Origin: Octopus bimaculoides
Lineage: Eukaryota
Direction: 5' to 3'
NCBI RefSeq assembly: GCF_001194135.2
Contig: NC_068992.1
Span: 35,564,871-35,603,302 of the forward strand
DNA: 38,432 bases
Below are positions 1-10,060 of the stretch, piece after piece (the first letter of the stretch is position 1; every line of letters begins with the position of its first letter). The translations under genes were made by a program, and so were the position numbers. The notes under the pieces are model-generated. The model was not told where the DNA came from. It saw only the letters and a list, made by a program, of their open reading frames with translations, and did no database searches.

Positions 1-448
1 CTGTATTTTTCCAGACGTAATAATTTAAGAATATTAATTTGCATGCGCCCGCATTTTTCATTGTAGTTCACTTTTTTCAAGCAATGCAATAAAGGTAATA
101 AATATTCTTTTGTTAAAAAAAATCTGAAATATTTTTCATTGTTGATGATTGAATTAAAATAAGAATACTATGATCTGTTTTTTTTTTTTTTTTATTTCAC
201 ATATTTTACTTAAATTCTAAAAATAAAAAAAGTTATCCGCTGCAAAGGCTAATATAAAAATGATTTTTAAAATGTCAAAATAGTCATTGTATCCACCGTT
301 AGGAACGAAGAGCTATCTGCCCTTTTGCTCTTTTTCTGAACAGCATTACGAGAAACCTCCAGGTATCCCATTTAGAGAAAGAAACAATAACAACATTGTA
401 TCTTCTTCATTTCTTCATCACTCAATACAGTACGCTCATATTATTTTC

Positions 449-662
449 TCTTCATTATTATTATTATTATTGTTACTGTTTTATTATCATTATTATTGTT
501 GTTGTTGTTGTTGTTATAATAATGATAATAATAACAACATTATAATTATTTTTGTTTTTGTCATTATTTTTGCTGTTGTTGTTGTTGTTATTATTATTAT
601 TGTTATTATTATTATTAATATTATTATTATTATTATTGTTATTATTATTATTATTATTGTTC
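449..662. repeat. (TTA)n/(TTG)n trinucleotide microsatellite
   Basis: Direct reading. It explains the poly-L/I/Y/C ORFs at 287-770. Confidence 0.97.
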
Positions 663-1041
663 AGTAGTTTTATTTTTATAACGTGCTTTCACTTCACTGC
701 CGAGCGCAGCTCTGTGCGCCTTGGGTATGTGCTGTGGTTTGCTGTGGTGCTCTTATGTTTACTGTATTGAAAGTGTTTTGCGTAGAATGTGTGCAGTACC
801 CAGTAGTGCAATTTTCTGTATGTTATATATATTTGTAAGTCCTGGTGTTTTTGTTATGTATTTGTCTGAATATTTTTTTATTATACCTAAGGCACCTACT
901 ATGATAGGAATTGTTTCTGTTTTTAGATTCCACATTCGAGTTATCTCTATTTCCAGGTCTTTGTATGTATTTTGAAAGTTTTTCCATTTCTTTTAGAGAA
1001 ACGTTGTCATCTGCTGGTATTGATACATCAATTAGAAAGCA

Positions 1042-1045
<4 letters not shown>
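663..1045 (-). mobile_element. R4/Dong-clade non-LTR retrotransposon, 5'-truncated 3' end (restriction-like endonuclease C-terminus and 3' UTR)
   Basis: The minus strand reads KCFLIDVSIPADDNVSLKEMEKLSKY, then a 4-bp TATG duplication at about 962-969 causes a frameshift, then KDLEIEITRMWNLKTETIPIIVGALGIIKKYSDKYITKTPGLTNIYNIQKIALLGTAHILRKTLSIQ* (stop 759-761). This is the PD-(D/E)xK-type tail typical of R4/Dong. The element is flanked by (TAA)n on both sides. Confidence 0.88.

Positions 1046-1103
<58 letters not shown>
1044..1103. repeat. (TTA)n microsatellite
   Basis: Direct reading. Confidence 0.97.
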
Positions 1104-1119
<16 letters not shown>

Positions 1120-2139
1120 TATTAGGCCTTGTATTCAATGTAGCGCCCTGTAAATAGAGGCATCAAAATTAGAGCAGGCCAGGGATATTTATGATAAATA
1201 AACAAGTACTTGTTTTGTGTTAATTAAATTAAACCTGCCTGTATATTTATTTCCTTTAGAATTAATAATTTTTGGGGGATGATGAGAAATGTAAATATAA
1301 TTGTAAAAATTATTAGATCCTATACCTGCACTGTATATAAAGTTCATAGTACGAACGCGCCAAAAAATGAAGTGCGAAAATCATTATGAAAAATAATTTT
1401 CTATATAATAGTGAATATTAATGTAATATTAATTTTATAGTAAAATCAAGAAAAAAATTAGCTATGTCTAATGTATATTTAGGTGAGCTAGCAAGAAGTG
1501 GTATGAGAATATATCAATTATATTGTAAGAAGAGAATCTGATCATATAAATAGCAAAGCCATGGCTAGTATAAAATTTTTAATAATGCAAAAATAGTCAA
1601 TGCACCCACTGTAAGGCAGGAGAAGCCACCTGCCCTTGTTAGGGCAAAGTTAGTTTGTTCGTCGAAATTCATGCAAAATAAAAAAAAGGCTGTAATTCAA
1701 CTTCTGCTCTTATCAACTTGCCTGGAAATAAAAAAAATCTAAATGCTGCTACTCTGAAAATCGAGTTATAGTATCTGAAAGCAAAAACTTTGTCAATTTA
1801 CCCTAAGAAATAATAATCTAAATTCTGCTACTCTTAATACTGAATTAAAGTTTAAAAGCAAGCAAAAATACTTATCAAAACTGCAGAAGGCCTTACAACT
1901 TTGGTCATCGTAATGCTTTGCTTTCGTCTGTTTAATAAAAATTCTTCCTCGTATAATGATTTTGCCTTCATTTTGTGATAGACAGATATCATGCAGAAAA
2001 TGCCAGTTTCTAAATCCTTTCTAAACAGTTATATATAGAATCCAAAACATAAAATGTCAATTAATAATAATTATAAACCTGTACAAGTTAGAATAAACAT
2101 AAAACGATGTTTTATGACGTGTCTATTCACTTCTGTCAT

Positions 2140-2155
2140 GTGTGTGTATGTGTAT

Positions 2156-2208
<53 letters not shown>

Positions 2209-2996
2209 NNNNNNNNNNNNNNNNNNNNNNNNNNNNNNNNNNNNNNNNNNNNNNNNNNNNNNNNNNNNNNNNNNNNNNNNNNNNNNNNNNNNNNNNNNNN
2301 NNNNNNNNNNNNNNNNNNNNNNNNNNNNNNNNNNNNNNNNNNNNNNNNNNNNNNNNNNNNNNNNNNNNNNNNNNNNNNNNNNNNNNNNNNNNNNNNNNNN
2401 NNNNNNNNNNNNNNNNNNNNNNNNNNNNNNNNNNNNNNNNNNNNNNNNNNNNNNNNNNNNNNNNNNNNNNNNNNNNNNNNNNNNNNNNNNNNNNNNNNNN
2501 NNNNNNNNNNNNNNNNNNNNNNNNNNNNNNNNNNNNNNNNNNNNNNNNNNNNNNNNNNNNNNNNNNNNNNNNNNNNNNNNNNNNNNNNNNNNNNNNNNNN
2601 NNNNNNNNNNNNNNNNNNNNNNNNNNNNNNNNNNNNNNNNNNNNNNNNNNNNNNNNNNNNNNNNNNNNNNNNNNNNNNNNNNNNNNNNNNNNNNNNNNNN
2701 NNNNNNNNNNNNNNNNNNNNNNNNNNNNNNNNNNNNNNNNNNNNNNNNNNNNNNNNNNNNNNNNNNNNNNNNNNNNNNNNNNNNNNNNNNNNNNNNNNNN
2801 NNNNNNNNNNNNNNNNNNNNNNNNNNNNNNNNNNNNNNNNNNNNNNNNNNNNNNNNNNNNNNNNNNNNNNNNNNNNNNNNNNNNNNNNNNNNNNNNNNNN
2901 NNNNNNNNNNNNNNNNNNNNNNNNNNNNNNNNNNNNNNNNNNNNNNNNNNNNNNNNNNNNNNNNNNNNNNNNNNNNNNNNNNNNNNNNNNNNNNNN

Positions 2997-3060
<64 letters not shown>

Positions 3061-3095
3061 CATGTATGTATGTATATATATATATATATAAATGT
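2140..3095. repeat. (TG)n/(TA)n microsatellites flanking assembly gap 2209-2996
   Basis: Direct reading. Confidence 0.95.
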
Positions 3096-3819
3096 ATAAT
3101 ATATGCGTGTGTGTGCTTAATTATATTTGCATGTTTGAAATACATGTGTAGAAATGCATGTATATCAGCGTATACGTTTGCCATATTCATGTATATTATA
3201 TCTATATGAAGTGGGTCGTAAGCATATATGGCTACTAGCGTTTATGTACCAATATATGTATACAAATGTAAGCATTGTTGTATCATTTTCCACATTCGAT
3301 GCATCCTATTTATGTATATAGATCTTATATTGTCAATGGCAATATTTATGCGCTACTAATGTTTCTAAATCTATTTTCTCACCTATACACGCACACATGC
3401 ACAGATGAAGGCAGAGCTACATGCACAAACATTTACCCATACGGAAATCTTATGTTATCTATTCCTAGATTTCTTCTATTTTACTCTAAATATGTTTTCT
3501 TCTTATCCGACTTATTTATCTAATGTTTCTTTAAAATGCTTCTCGAATCTTAATCTTCATCTGGGATTCATGCTATTTCCGTTAATGTTGTTTCTGCAAC
3601 TGCTATATAGTCAATCCATTATTTTCTGTATATATATTTGGTAGCTACAGTACTAGAATGCTCTCAAACACCATCAATTAATCACTATTCGTAACTCCAT
3701 GCAGTGGGATTTATGAAACAATCACTTCAAGCCTTCTCAACCATCGACAAAACGGTACTTCTCACTCCTTTTAAACTTACGCGCGCGCGCGCAAACATAC
3801 ACACACTCATATATATACA

Positions 3820-4453
3820 TTCTTTTACTTGTTTCAGTCATTTGACTACGGCCATGCTGAAGCACCGCATTTAGTCGAACAAATCGAGCCCAGGAATTAT
3901 TCTTTTTAAGCCTAGTACTTATTCTATCGGTCTCTTTTCCGAACTGGTAATTTACCGGGACGTAAACACAACAACATGGATTGTCAAGCGATGGTGGAGG
4001 GAAATCAGACACACAAATACATACATACATGCATATATATATATATATATATANNNNNNNNNNNNNNNNNNNNNNNNNNNNNNNNNNNNNNNNNNNNNNN
4101 NNNNNNNNNNNNNNNNNNNNNNNNNNNNNNNNNNNNNNNNNNNNNNNNNNNNNNNNNNNNNNNNNNNNNNNNNNNNNNNNNNNNNNNNNNNNNNNNNNNN
4201 NNNNNNNNNNNNNNNNNNNNNNNNNNNNNNNNNNNNNNNNNNNNNNNNNNNNNNNNNNNNNNNNNNNNNNNNNNNATATATATATATATATATATATATA
4301 TACGATGGGCTTCTTTGAATCTCTGTCTACCAAATCCCCTGATACGGCTTTGGTTGGCCTTCTACAGAAAACACTTGCCCAAGGTGCCACAGAGTGGGAC
4401 TGAACCCGGAACTGTGTAGATAGGAAGCAAGCTTTTTACCACACAGACACTCC
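3820..4453 (-). mobile_element. tRNA-derived SINE, family A (head, core, internal (TA)n, AAAAGA-type tail)
   Basis: The minus strand has a tRNA-like head with B-box-like GTTCCGGGTTCAGTCCC and core CCTTGGGCAAGTGTTTTCT. The internal microsatellite spans gap 4054-4275, and the tail is ...TGACTGAAACAAGTAAAAGA. Homologous copies lie at 9875, 11940 and 35045. Confidence 0.85.
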
Positions 4454-4665
4454 AATGTCTACCCCAACGTGTTGGTGTTCTGCTCTCTCAGTGTTAACGA
4501 ACCTCTTTTACATGGTAGATTATAGTATATTTCAAAATATACATTAGTTTTAATATCTGGTTGACCCTTCTTTAGCATCAGGTACCGCTTTGTACTGTAC
4601 ATACATAACCAACGTCCAAAATTAACTCATGTTTCCTTGATCATTTCAGAGTTTTATGCTGAAAT

Positions 4666-4792
4666 ACGTTCTAAATACAGATAATAAACAATAAAACACG
4701 TTCTAAATAGAGATAATAAACAATAAAACACGTTCTAAATAGAGATAATAAACAGTAAAACACGTTCTAAATAGAGATAATAAACAGTAAAA
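4666..4792. repeat. 32-bp tandem repeat, 4 copies
   Basis: Unit ACGTTCTAAATA(C/G)AGATAATAAACA(A/G)TAAAAC starts at 4666, 4698, 4730 and 4762. There are no spacers. Confidence 0.97.
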
Positions 4793-5490
4793 TGCCTAAA
4801 ACAAAGGAGTTCAGTGAGTGTGAGCGAAGTTAAATGGTAGCTGGAATGTCTCAAAATGCAAATTGCTCAGAAGATGAAATGTTCTCGATATGCGATTCAA
4901 ACGGCTCTCAAGTGCTTCAGGGAAACAAAAGATGTGAAGTAAATACAAAGAACAAGTAGAAAAAACGTTACATCACTTCGTGATGACAGATCCATCATCC
5001 GTCAGTCGCTCAGAAACAGGAGAAAAACATAGTCGGAGCTCTGTGCAGACTTCAGCGAGGCAATTACTTCTCAAATATCAACCGGAACTGTTAGAAGAAG
5101 GCTTGTAGAGTACTGTCTGAAAGGCTGTAAAGCCAGGACAAAACCATGGGTTTCTGAAGCGAATATGGAGAAACGTCTTCGGTGGGACAAAAACCACTCA
5201 AATTGGGCCAGTGAGCAAAGGTCGAAAGTAATATGGTCTGATGAAAGTAACTATGAGGTTAGATACTACATGTATTCAATCAATGTATAAACTTAATGTA
5301 ACTGGTTTCTTGCCCAAAATATATTAAAAAAAGTATCTAACATAAAGCTAATATTATTTTTCATGTTTTTACTCGGGTTTTCGGTACAACTGGTGCAACT
5401 TTCTATCACTGTGTGGGCTTGCATGCTTGGCACAGGACCCGGAGAAATGTTTGTATGTCAGGGAAGGATGAATTCAGCAACCTATGTTTT
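4792..5490 (+). pseudogene. Tc1-family transposase pseudogene (DNA-binding domain and first half of the DDE domain)
   Basis: MPKTKEFSECERS*...QIAQKMKCSRYAIQTALK...RDDRSIIRQSLRNRRKT*SEL...ISTGTVRRRLVEYCLKGCKARTKPW...KRLRW...KVIWSDESNYE, then VFGTTG...SITVWACMLGTGPGEMFVCQGRMNSATY. It has stops, frameshifts and an internal deletion. The second D and the E are missing, and I could not identify TIRs. Confidence 0.88.
5258..5376 (+). other. Putative 119-bp phase-0 spliceosomal intron within the Tc1 transposase
   Basis: Donor GAG|GTTAGA, branch-like CTAAT at 5348-5352 and a pyrimidine tract. The acceptor reads CGG instead of CAG. Removing the intron gives WSDESNYE-VFGTTG, in register with the Tc1 motif WSDESKFE-xFG. 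Confidence 0.65.
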
Positions 5491-5859
5491 AACCTATGTT
5501 AAAAGAAAGTATTCAAGAGAGTATTCAAGAACGGGAATACAATAAGTAATTTGAGTTCAATAAAAATCATGTTTTTTTAGTAGTATATATATACAGAAGG
5601 GGATATATTTAAGAATTTACACAATACTTTCTTGAATACTTTCTTGTAAACTGTTTTTAATATTTTTTTATTATCAAATAATATATATCTGTATTTTAAT
5701 ACTTTTGTGATAACCAATACTTCACACAACAAAGCTTATTCAAAACTTTACATTTTACTTTTGACTATCTTTTTCTAAAGAAATGAAACCGGTCAAGTCA
5801 ATAAACATCTCTAAAAGTCTAATGCATTTTAAAACCTTCTTTCATATATATACATATAT

Positions 5860-7820
5860 ATATATAATCCAAAAAGACTAAGAAAAAACATAAGAAATAA
5901 GAAAACAACGCAAGGACATGGTACATGCAAAATATTAGCAGACGCTCTAAAAAATACAAAGAATAAAGACAAAAAAATAATAATTAAATGGATAAAATAG
6001 AATTAATGCAATTATAAAAAATTAGTACAAGTAAAAAAATTTTTAAATTAAAAAACTCGACGGCAAAACGATAAAAAACTGAAAAACAGAATAACAGTGT
6101 AAAAAAAGTGAGTGGGAATAAGATAGGATAAAATAAGATAAAAAGTTGTTTTTTAAGGAGGGTGTTGTGTCCGAAAGGAGTTGTGTTTCTAGACTGAAAA
6201 TGTAACGCTGTTCCAGGCGGAGTTGGGAGTGTATGGATCCGTGGTGCAGGGCGAGGCAAAAAAAAAAGGTGGATATTAGAGGTGGAGTGGTTGCCCAAGC
6301 AGAAATGACGTGAAGTGGAGGTAGATGTTCCTTGAACCGGGCAGCCCGTCTAACCAACTCAGAGTTTGTTGCAGAGATTACATCTAATGCAATAGATAAG
6401 GCTGGAAGAAGTGCAAGAGGAGTTTTTAATGTGGTGGGTGTGCTGGCTGGATCCAGTGAGAGCGGTGGTGCTTGTGATGAAAGGGCAGGTGTGTTAACGG
6501 GATCTAGAGCAAGTGAAGGATCCGGTTGGGGCTGGGATGGAAGAGGGGAAGGTGCCACGGACCAGTAGATCTCGTAGGTTACGGGTGCGTTTAAAAGAAA
6601 GCAAGGATGGGTCGGGGGAAATGGGGTGAGGTGGGATCTAACTGGAGACGACGGAAGGCTCGTAGTATCCTCCGCGAAAGGGTAGGGTGGAGGGGTGGAA
6701 AGGGAGAGGAAAGGGATGCGGTTGGGGGATTGGTGTGAGAAAGGAGAGTGGATGGTGGTGAGATCGATTTGACGAGCGCGGACAAGGGCGGTTTAGACAA
6801 GGGTGGATGGGTATCCTCGATGCATGAACAGGCGGGCAAGGTACTGGGACTAGGTCTCGAAATTCTGGTCCCGGTTGCACAAGAGTCGAAGGCGGAGGAA
6901 CTTGGAGTAGGGGATGGCCCGTTTGGAGTGGAAGGGATGTGAGGAGAAAAAGATATCTAGAAAGTTTAGAGGTATTAGAGAGGGTAGAGGTAAACTGGAG
7001 AGAAGGGTAAAAGTTAAAGAGGAAAGAGATGAAGTGGCAGTGTTGTTCGCGGGAGAGGGAGGTGACGCCCATACAGTCGTCTTTGTAGCGGTCGCATAAT
7101 CAGTGCCTGACCTGATAATTGGGAGAATGCTTGGATTTCAATGTGACCAACAAACAGGTTGGCGAAAATGGAGCCCATTCTCATTCCCATAACAACCCCA
7201 GACACTGGTTGGTAGATTTCCCCAGCGAACGTAAAGCAGTTGTAGGTAGGATGAGCCCTGCCGGACGGAGAAGAGTGGAGGTGCTGAGAGTGGGATCGGG
7301 GCGACGGTTTTGGAAGTATTGGAGGGCTAAGAGACCATCATTATGGGAAACCACTGTGTATAGGGATTTGATGTCCAAGGTGAAGAGGAGGTGTGAGGGG
7401 CCAAGAGGGAAGGAGAAGGAATTAAAAAGGCGAAGGGCGTGATTGGTGTCGTATATGGCATGTGAAGGCAGCAACCAAAGGGGACAGGATACGGTGAAGG
7501 TATTTTGAAATGAGTTCTGTGGTGCAATTTCAGGCGGAAACAATGAGACGGCCAGGGTTGTCGGGTTTATGTATTTTGGGAAGGAAATAGATGGTGGAGG
7601 TATGGGGTGTTCAGACGTTGAGGGTAGTGGCTGTGGGGGAGCAGAAGAGGAGACGGGGTCATGGATAGTGGAGGACATGCGCTGCTGTTGGGAGAAATTA
7701 GGGTTGGGGGAGGAGGCGATAGAAGAGAGGATTTCGAAGCTGACTGAGCGCTTCCTCCCTGCATAGGTCCGCGCACCACACCACCACTGCTCCACATTTG
7801 TCTGCCATTTTTGATATTTG
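5860..7820 (-). mobile_element. Penelope-like element A: degenerate RT, Cys-rich linker, GIY-YIG endonuclease and 3' UTR
   Basis: Minus-strand motifs are ADK-GAVVVW (about 7775-7805), LFTLDIKSLYT (7356-7387), GVVMGMRMG..FANLFVGHIE (about 7150-7200), RYKDDC with a YxDD-like core at 7076-7087, SHP..KRAIPYS.FLRLR, the linker C-S-R-S-R-*-H-T-C, and LIYCIRCNLCNKL*VG*TG (about 6340-6405). It has many stops and frameshifts. Confidence 0.9.
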
Positions 7821-7886
7821 AGTGGGTACTATTATAATATCCTTGTAGTCGTGTCATCTGTGGTGGAAACATTCAAAACAGGTTTA

Positions 7887-8562
7887 GGATCTTTTTTAAA
7901 ACGGGGCCACATTTTTCATTAACGAAACATTTTGAAACTTGGAACACTGGTAGAATGTGTCATATAAAACATCTTTTTCTCTTAGTCTTCTTTAAAAAAA
8001 AAGAAATCCCTAAGTTATTCCGTGTTAAAGTTGTCGTATTTCTGTAATTTCAACCAATCACTGACGTCCATTCAGCCGATATACATTAAGTGCCGACTAC
8101 ATAAACAAACGATTCTGAAACAATTCNNNNNNNNNNNNNNNNNNNNNNNNNNNNNNNNNNNNNNNNNNNNNNNNNNNNNNNNNNNNNNNNNNCTATCGGT
8201 GATAGGGTTAGGGTTAGGGTTAGGGTTAGGGTAAAACAGCAAATTTAAAAAGAAAAAAAGCAAATAAAACGAAGAAAAAAAAGAAAATGAAAAAAGCAAA
8301 TTTAAAATGAAAAAAGCAAATAAAACGAAGCTATGGCTTAATCAGCCAAAGGAGTAAATGTAAACAACTGAATACTTGTCAGTGATTGGTTGAAATTATC
8401 GAAATAAGACAATTTTTTACATGAAATAAATTCGAATACAAAAATATTTTTCTGTTCTATAACACAAAATAGATAAGTATACGAAGTTTGAAAGTCTTTC
8501 GGTACCAAAAACACTACGTAAAACATTAATGAAAAATGTGGCCCCCGTTTTAAAAAAGATCC
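7887..8562. mobile_element. Non-autonomous TIR element (MITE), Merlin-like
   Basis: TIRs of about 37 bp (GGATCTTTTTTAAAACGGGG(G)CCACATTTTTCATTAA) at both ends and a perfect 8-bp TSD CAGGTTTA (7879-7886 and 8563-8570). A second inverted pair, AATTTCAACCAATCACTGAC, lies at about 8046-8065 and 8378-8397. GG termini with an 8-bp TSD fit the Merlin/IS1016 superfamily. Confidence 0.85.
8203..8232 (+). repeat. Interstitial telomeric-type repeat (TTAGGG) x5
   Basis: TAGGGT x5, next to gap 8127-8192 and inside the MITE. Confidence 0.9.
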
Positions 8563-9874
8563 CAGGTTTATATTTTGCGATAAAATATGACTCTTTGCTA
8601 ATGCACTGATTAGAGGTTGCATTCTCCTTGAAATTGTAGAGGCGAAAAGTTCAAAAGTTAGGTTGTTTGTTAGCGATGCAAATGTTAATGTGTTCACTTA
8701 ATGCTGTTTCTCTGTATTCCCGTATTTTAATCTGGGACCTATGTACGGTCATCCTCTCACGTAGACTGATTTTAGCATGAGCAATGTATTGCTCTCGACA
8801 CTCTTAGCAAGTTGACACATATATTAGGATTTCCGAAGCACATGTGAAGTTGTTTTACACTGTAAAACGTTGACTCTGTTTAAAGGAGAGCTCCGATCCT
8901 TCAATTAGGTTGACGCATATACCACAGGTCTTCCGCATTTTTTTACTGTCGGTTTCAATGTTACTGAAAGTGTATTTGGGCTTGTGTTAGAAAATTTTTC
9001 TTTCACTTGGGTCGTCTTTTGCTCTTTGTGATGGTGTGCGTTTGGAGGATTTGCTTCATTATATATAAATATATATGTGTGTGTGTGTGTNNNNNNNNNN
9101 NNNNNNNNNNNNNNNNNNNNNNNNNNNNNNNNNNNNNNNNNNNNNNNNNNNNNNNNNNNNNNNNNNNNNNNNNNNNNNNNNNNNNNNNNNNNNNNNNNNN
9201 NNNNNNNNNNNNNNNNNNNNNNNNNNNNNNNNNNNNNNNNNNNNNNNNNNNNNNNNNNNNNNNNNNNNNNNNNNNNNNNNNNNNNNNNNNNNNNNNNNNN
9301 NNNNNNNNNNNNNNNNNNNNNNNNNNNNNNNNNNNNNNNNNNNNNNNNNNNNNNNNNNNNNNNNNNNNNNNNNNNNNNNNNNNNNNNNNNNNNNNNNNNN
9401 NNNNNNNNNNNNNNNNNNNNNNNNNNNNNNNNNNNNNNNNNNNNNNNNNNNNNNNNNNNNNNNNNNNNNNNNNNNNNNNNNNNNNNNNNNNNNNNNNNNN
9501 NNNNNNNNNNNNNNNNNNNNNNNNNNNNNNNNNNNNNNNNNNNNNNNNNNNNNNNNNNNNNNNNNNNNNNNNNNNNNNNNNNNNNNNNNNNNNNNNNNNN
9601 NNNNNNNNNNNNNNNNNNNNNNNNNNNNNNNNNNNNNNNNNNNNNNNNNNNNNNNNNNNNNNNNNNNNNNNNNNNNNNNNNNNNNNNNNNNNNNNNNNNN
9701 NNNNNNNNNNNNNNNNNNNNNNNNNNNNNNNNNNNNNNNNNNNNNNNNNNNNNNNNNNNNNNNNNNNNNNNNNNNNNNNNNNNNNNNNNNNNNNNNNNNN
9801 NNNNNNNNNNNNNNNNNNNNNNNNNNNNNNNNNNNNNNNNNNNNNNNNNNNNNNNNNNNNNNNNNNNNNNNNNN

Positions 9875-10029
9875 TCTTTCAGTTCCCATCTACCAAATCC
9901 ACTCACAAGGCTTTGATCGGTCGGAGGCTATAGTAGAAAACACTTGCCCAAGGAGCCACGCAGTGGGACTGAATTCGGAATCATATGGTTGGAAAGCGAA
10001 CTCCTTTCCACACAGCCACGCGCGCGCCC
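9875..10029 (-). mobile_element. SINE family A, head and core (remainder probably in gap 9091-9874)
   Basis: Clear homology to 4300-4453 (CTACCAAATCCACTCACAAGGCTTTG...ACACTTGCCCAAGG...GTGGGACTGAA). Confidence 0.85.
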
Positions 10030-10060
10030 ATATATTTATGTATGTGTGTATGTATATATC

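Larger units (their letters stand above)
7832..8990 (-). mobile_element. Penelope-like element B, GIY-YIG C-terminal fragment, split by the MITE at 7887-8562
   Basis: The minus strand reads KCGRP-CGICVNLIEG...FTCASEILIYVSTC*ECREQYIA...LRERMTVHRSQI...SEHINIC...KESYFIAKYKP. After removing the MITE and one TSD it continues VLNVSTTDDTTTRIL* (stop 7832-7834). Confidence 0.8.

Noticed and set aside
37-44. Octamer motif ATTTGCAT (snRNA/POU site)
   Set aside because: A single 8-mer in very AT-rich DNA, with no PSE or snRNA body nearby.
4380-4453. tRNA genes at SINE heads (also about 9960-10029, 12200-12285, 33129, 36354, 36589)
   Set aside because: There is no complete cloverleaf, and each continues into a shared SINE body.
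4666-4792. 32-bp repeats as a CRISPR array
   Set aside because: The repeats are contiguous with no spacers, there are no cas genes, and the context is eukaryotic.
8203-8232. TTAGGG as a chromosome end or fusion scar
   Set aside because: The array is short, single-orientation and enclosed by TIRs and a TSD, so transposon cargo is the simpler explanation.
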